From IMG/VR virus record IMGVR_UViG_2606217116_000003: a stretch of DNA of 9,792 nt, one strand, 5' to 3'. This stretch comes from a virus. Taxonomy: Duplodnaviria > Heunggongvirae > Uroviricota > Caudoviricetes. Under the pieces are notes generated by a model. That model was not told the origin of the DNA, ran no database searches, and saw nothing but the letters and a program-made list of their open reading frames with translations. Below are positions 7,560 through 9,792 of this stretch, in pieces; the first letter of the stretch is position 1, and every line of letters starts with the position of its first letter. Made by a program: the position numbers and the translations under genes.

Positions 7560-7780
7560 TTTGCGGGTCCTTTCCGGCGATCCGACAGGTTACGGGGCGG
7601 CGACCTCGCGGGTTTTCGCTATTTATGAAAATTTTCCGGTTTAAGGCGTTTCCGTTCTTCTTCGTCATAACTTAATGTTTTTATTTAAAATACCCTCTGA
7701 AAAGAAAGGAAACGACAGGTGCTGAAAGCGAGCTTTTTGGCCTCTGTCGTTTCCTTTCTCTGTTTTTGTCCGTGGAATGA
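7560..7780. other. Lambda-type cos site: cosQ region, cosN (GGGCGGCGACCT at about 7595-7606), cosB with Nu1-binding repeats
   Basis: Sequence ...CGACAGGTTACG|GGGCGGCGACCTCGCGGGTTTTCGCTATTTATGAAAATTTTCCGG... matches the recalled joined right and left ends of phage lambda. An 11-bp inverted repeat GGAAACGACAG/CTGTCGTTTCC lies just upstream of Nu1. Confidence 0.85.
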
Positions 7781-7783
7781 ACA

Positions 7784-8303
7784 ATGGAAGTCAACAAAAA
7801 GCAGCTGGCTGATATTTTCGGTGCGAGTATCCGTACCATTCAGAACTGGCAGGAGCAGGGAATGCCCGTTCTGCGAGGCGGTGGCAAGGGTAATGAGGTG
7901 CTTTATGATTCTGCCGCCGTCATAAAATGGTATGCCGAAAGGGATGCTGAAATTGAGAACGAAAAGCTGCGCCGGGAAGTTGAAGAACTGCGGCAGGCCA
8001 GCGAGACAGATCTCCAGCCAGGGACTATTGAGTACGAACGCCATCGACTTACGCGTGCGCAGGCCGACGCACAGGAGCTGAAAAATGCCAGAGACTCCGC
8101 TGAAGTGGTGGAAACCGCATTCTGTACTTTCGTGCTGTCGCGGATCGCAGGTGAAATTGCCAGTATTCTCGACGGGATCCCCCTGTCGGTGCAGCGGCGT
8201 TTTCCGGAACTGGAAAACCGACATGTTGATTTCCTGAAACGGGATATCATCAAAGCCATGAACAAAGCAGCCGCGCTGGATGAACTGATACCGGGGTTGC
8301 TGA

Positions 8304-8329
<26 letters not shown>
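7784..8329 (+). CDS. nu1: Terminase small subunit Nu1 (DLP12 NohD-like), 181 aa, intact
   Basis: MEVNKKQLADIFGASIRTIQNWQEQGMPVLRGGGKGNEVLYDSAAVIKWYAERD... is the lambda Nu1 winged-HTH N-terminus. Full length with normal stop, 190 nt downstream of cosN. Confidence 0.95.

Positions 8330-9792
<1,463 letters not shown>

Noticed and set aside
7411-7668. 85-aa minus-strand ORF spanning cosN/cosB
   Set aside because: It runs straight across the cohesive-end site and Nu1-binding repeats, a region known to be non-coding in lambda-like phages.
7685-8265. Minus-strand ORFs of 179 and 120 aa antisense to Nu1
   Set aside because: Nu1 on the + strand is full length and strongly recognisable. The antisense frames are Ser/Arg-rich shadow ORFs.

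Overview
The window reads as a heavily compacted, DLP12-like lambdoid cryptic prophage in an Escherichia/Shigella-type genome; nothing in it looks like a novel system, but several remodelling scars are worth a second look. Left to right: a tyrosine integrase (its 3' end at base 1, so att lies off-window), an overlapping excisionase, a leftward operon of yfdT/yfdS/yfdR/yfdQ-like cargo genes (yfdQ-like gene 5'-truncated), then a small Q-type antiterminator with no immunity, recombination, replication or nin module between them. Next come a convergent intact NmpC/Lc-type porin moron, an AT-rich control region with a tR'-like terminator, and a lysis cassette (dual-start pinholin, SAR-endolysin reduced to a 5' fragment fused out of frame to a start-less Rz, embedded Rz1 intact). 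The right part holds bor, a small ylcI-like ORF, a lambda-type cos site, intact terminase small subunit Nu1, and terminase large subunit A cut after about 83 codons by an IS3-family element that runs off the window. All homology calls are from recall and reading the translations, not from searches. The sequence was indexed by hand from the printed coordinates, so non-ORF coordinates may be off by 1-2 bp.
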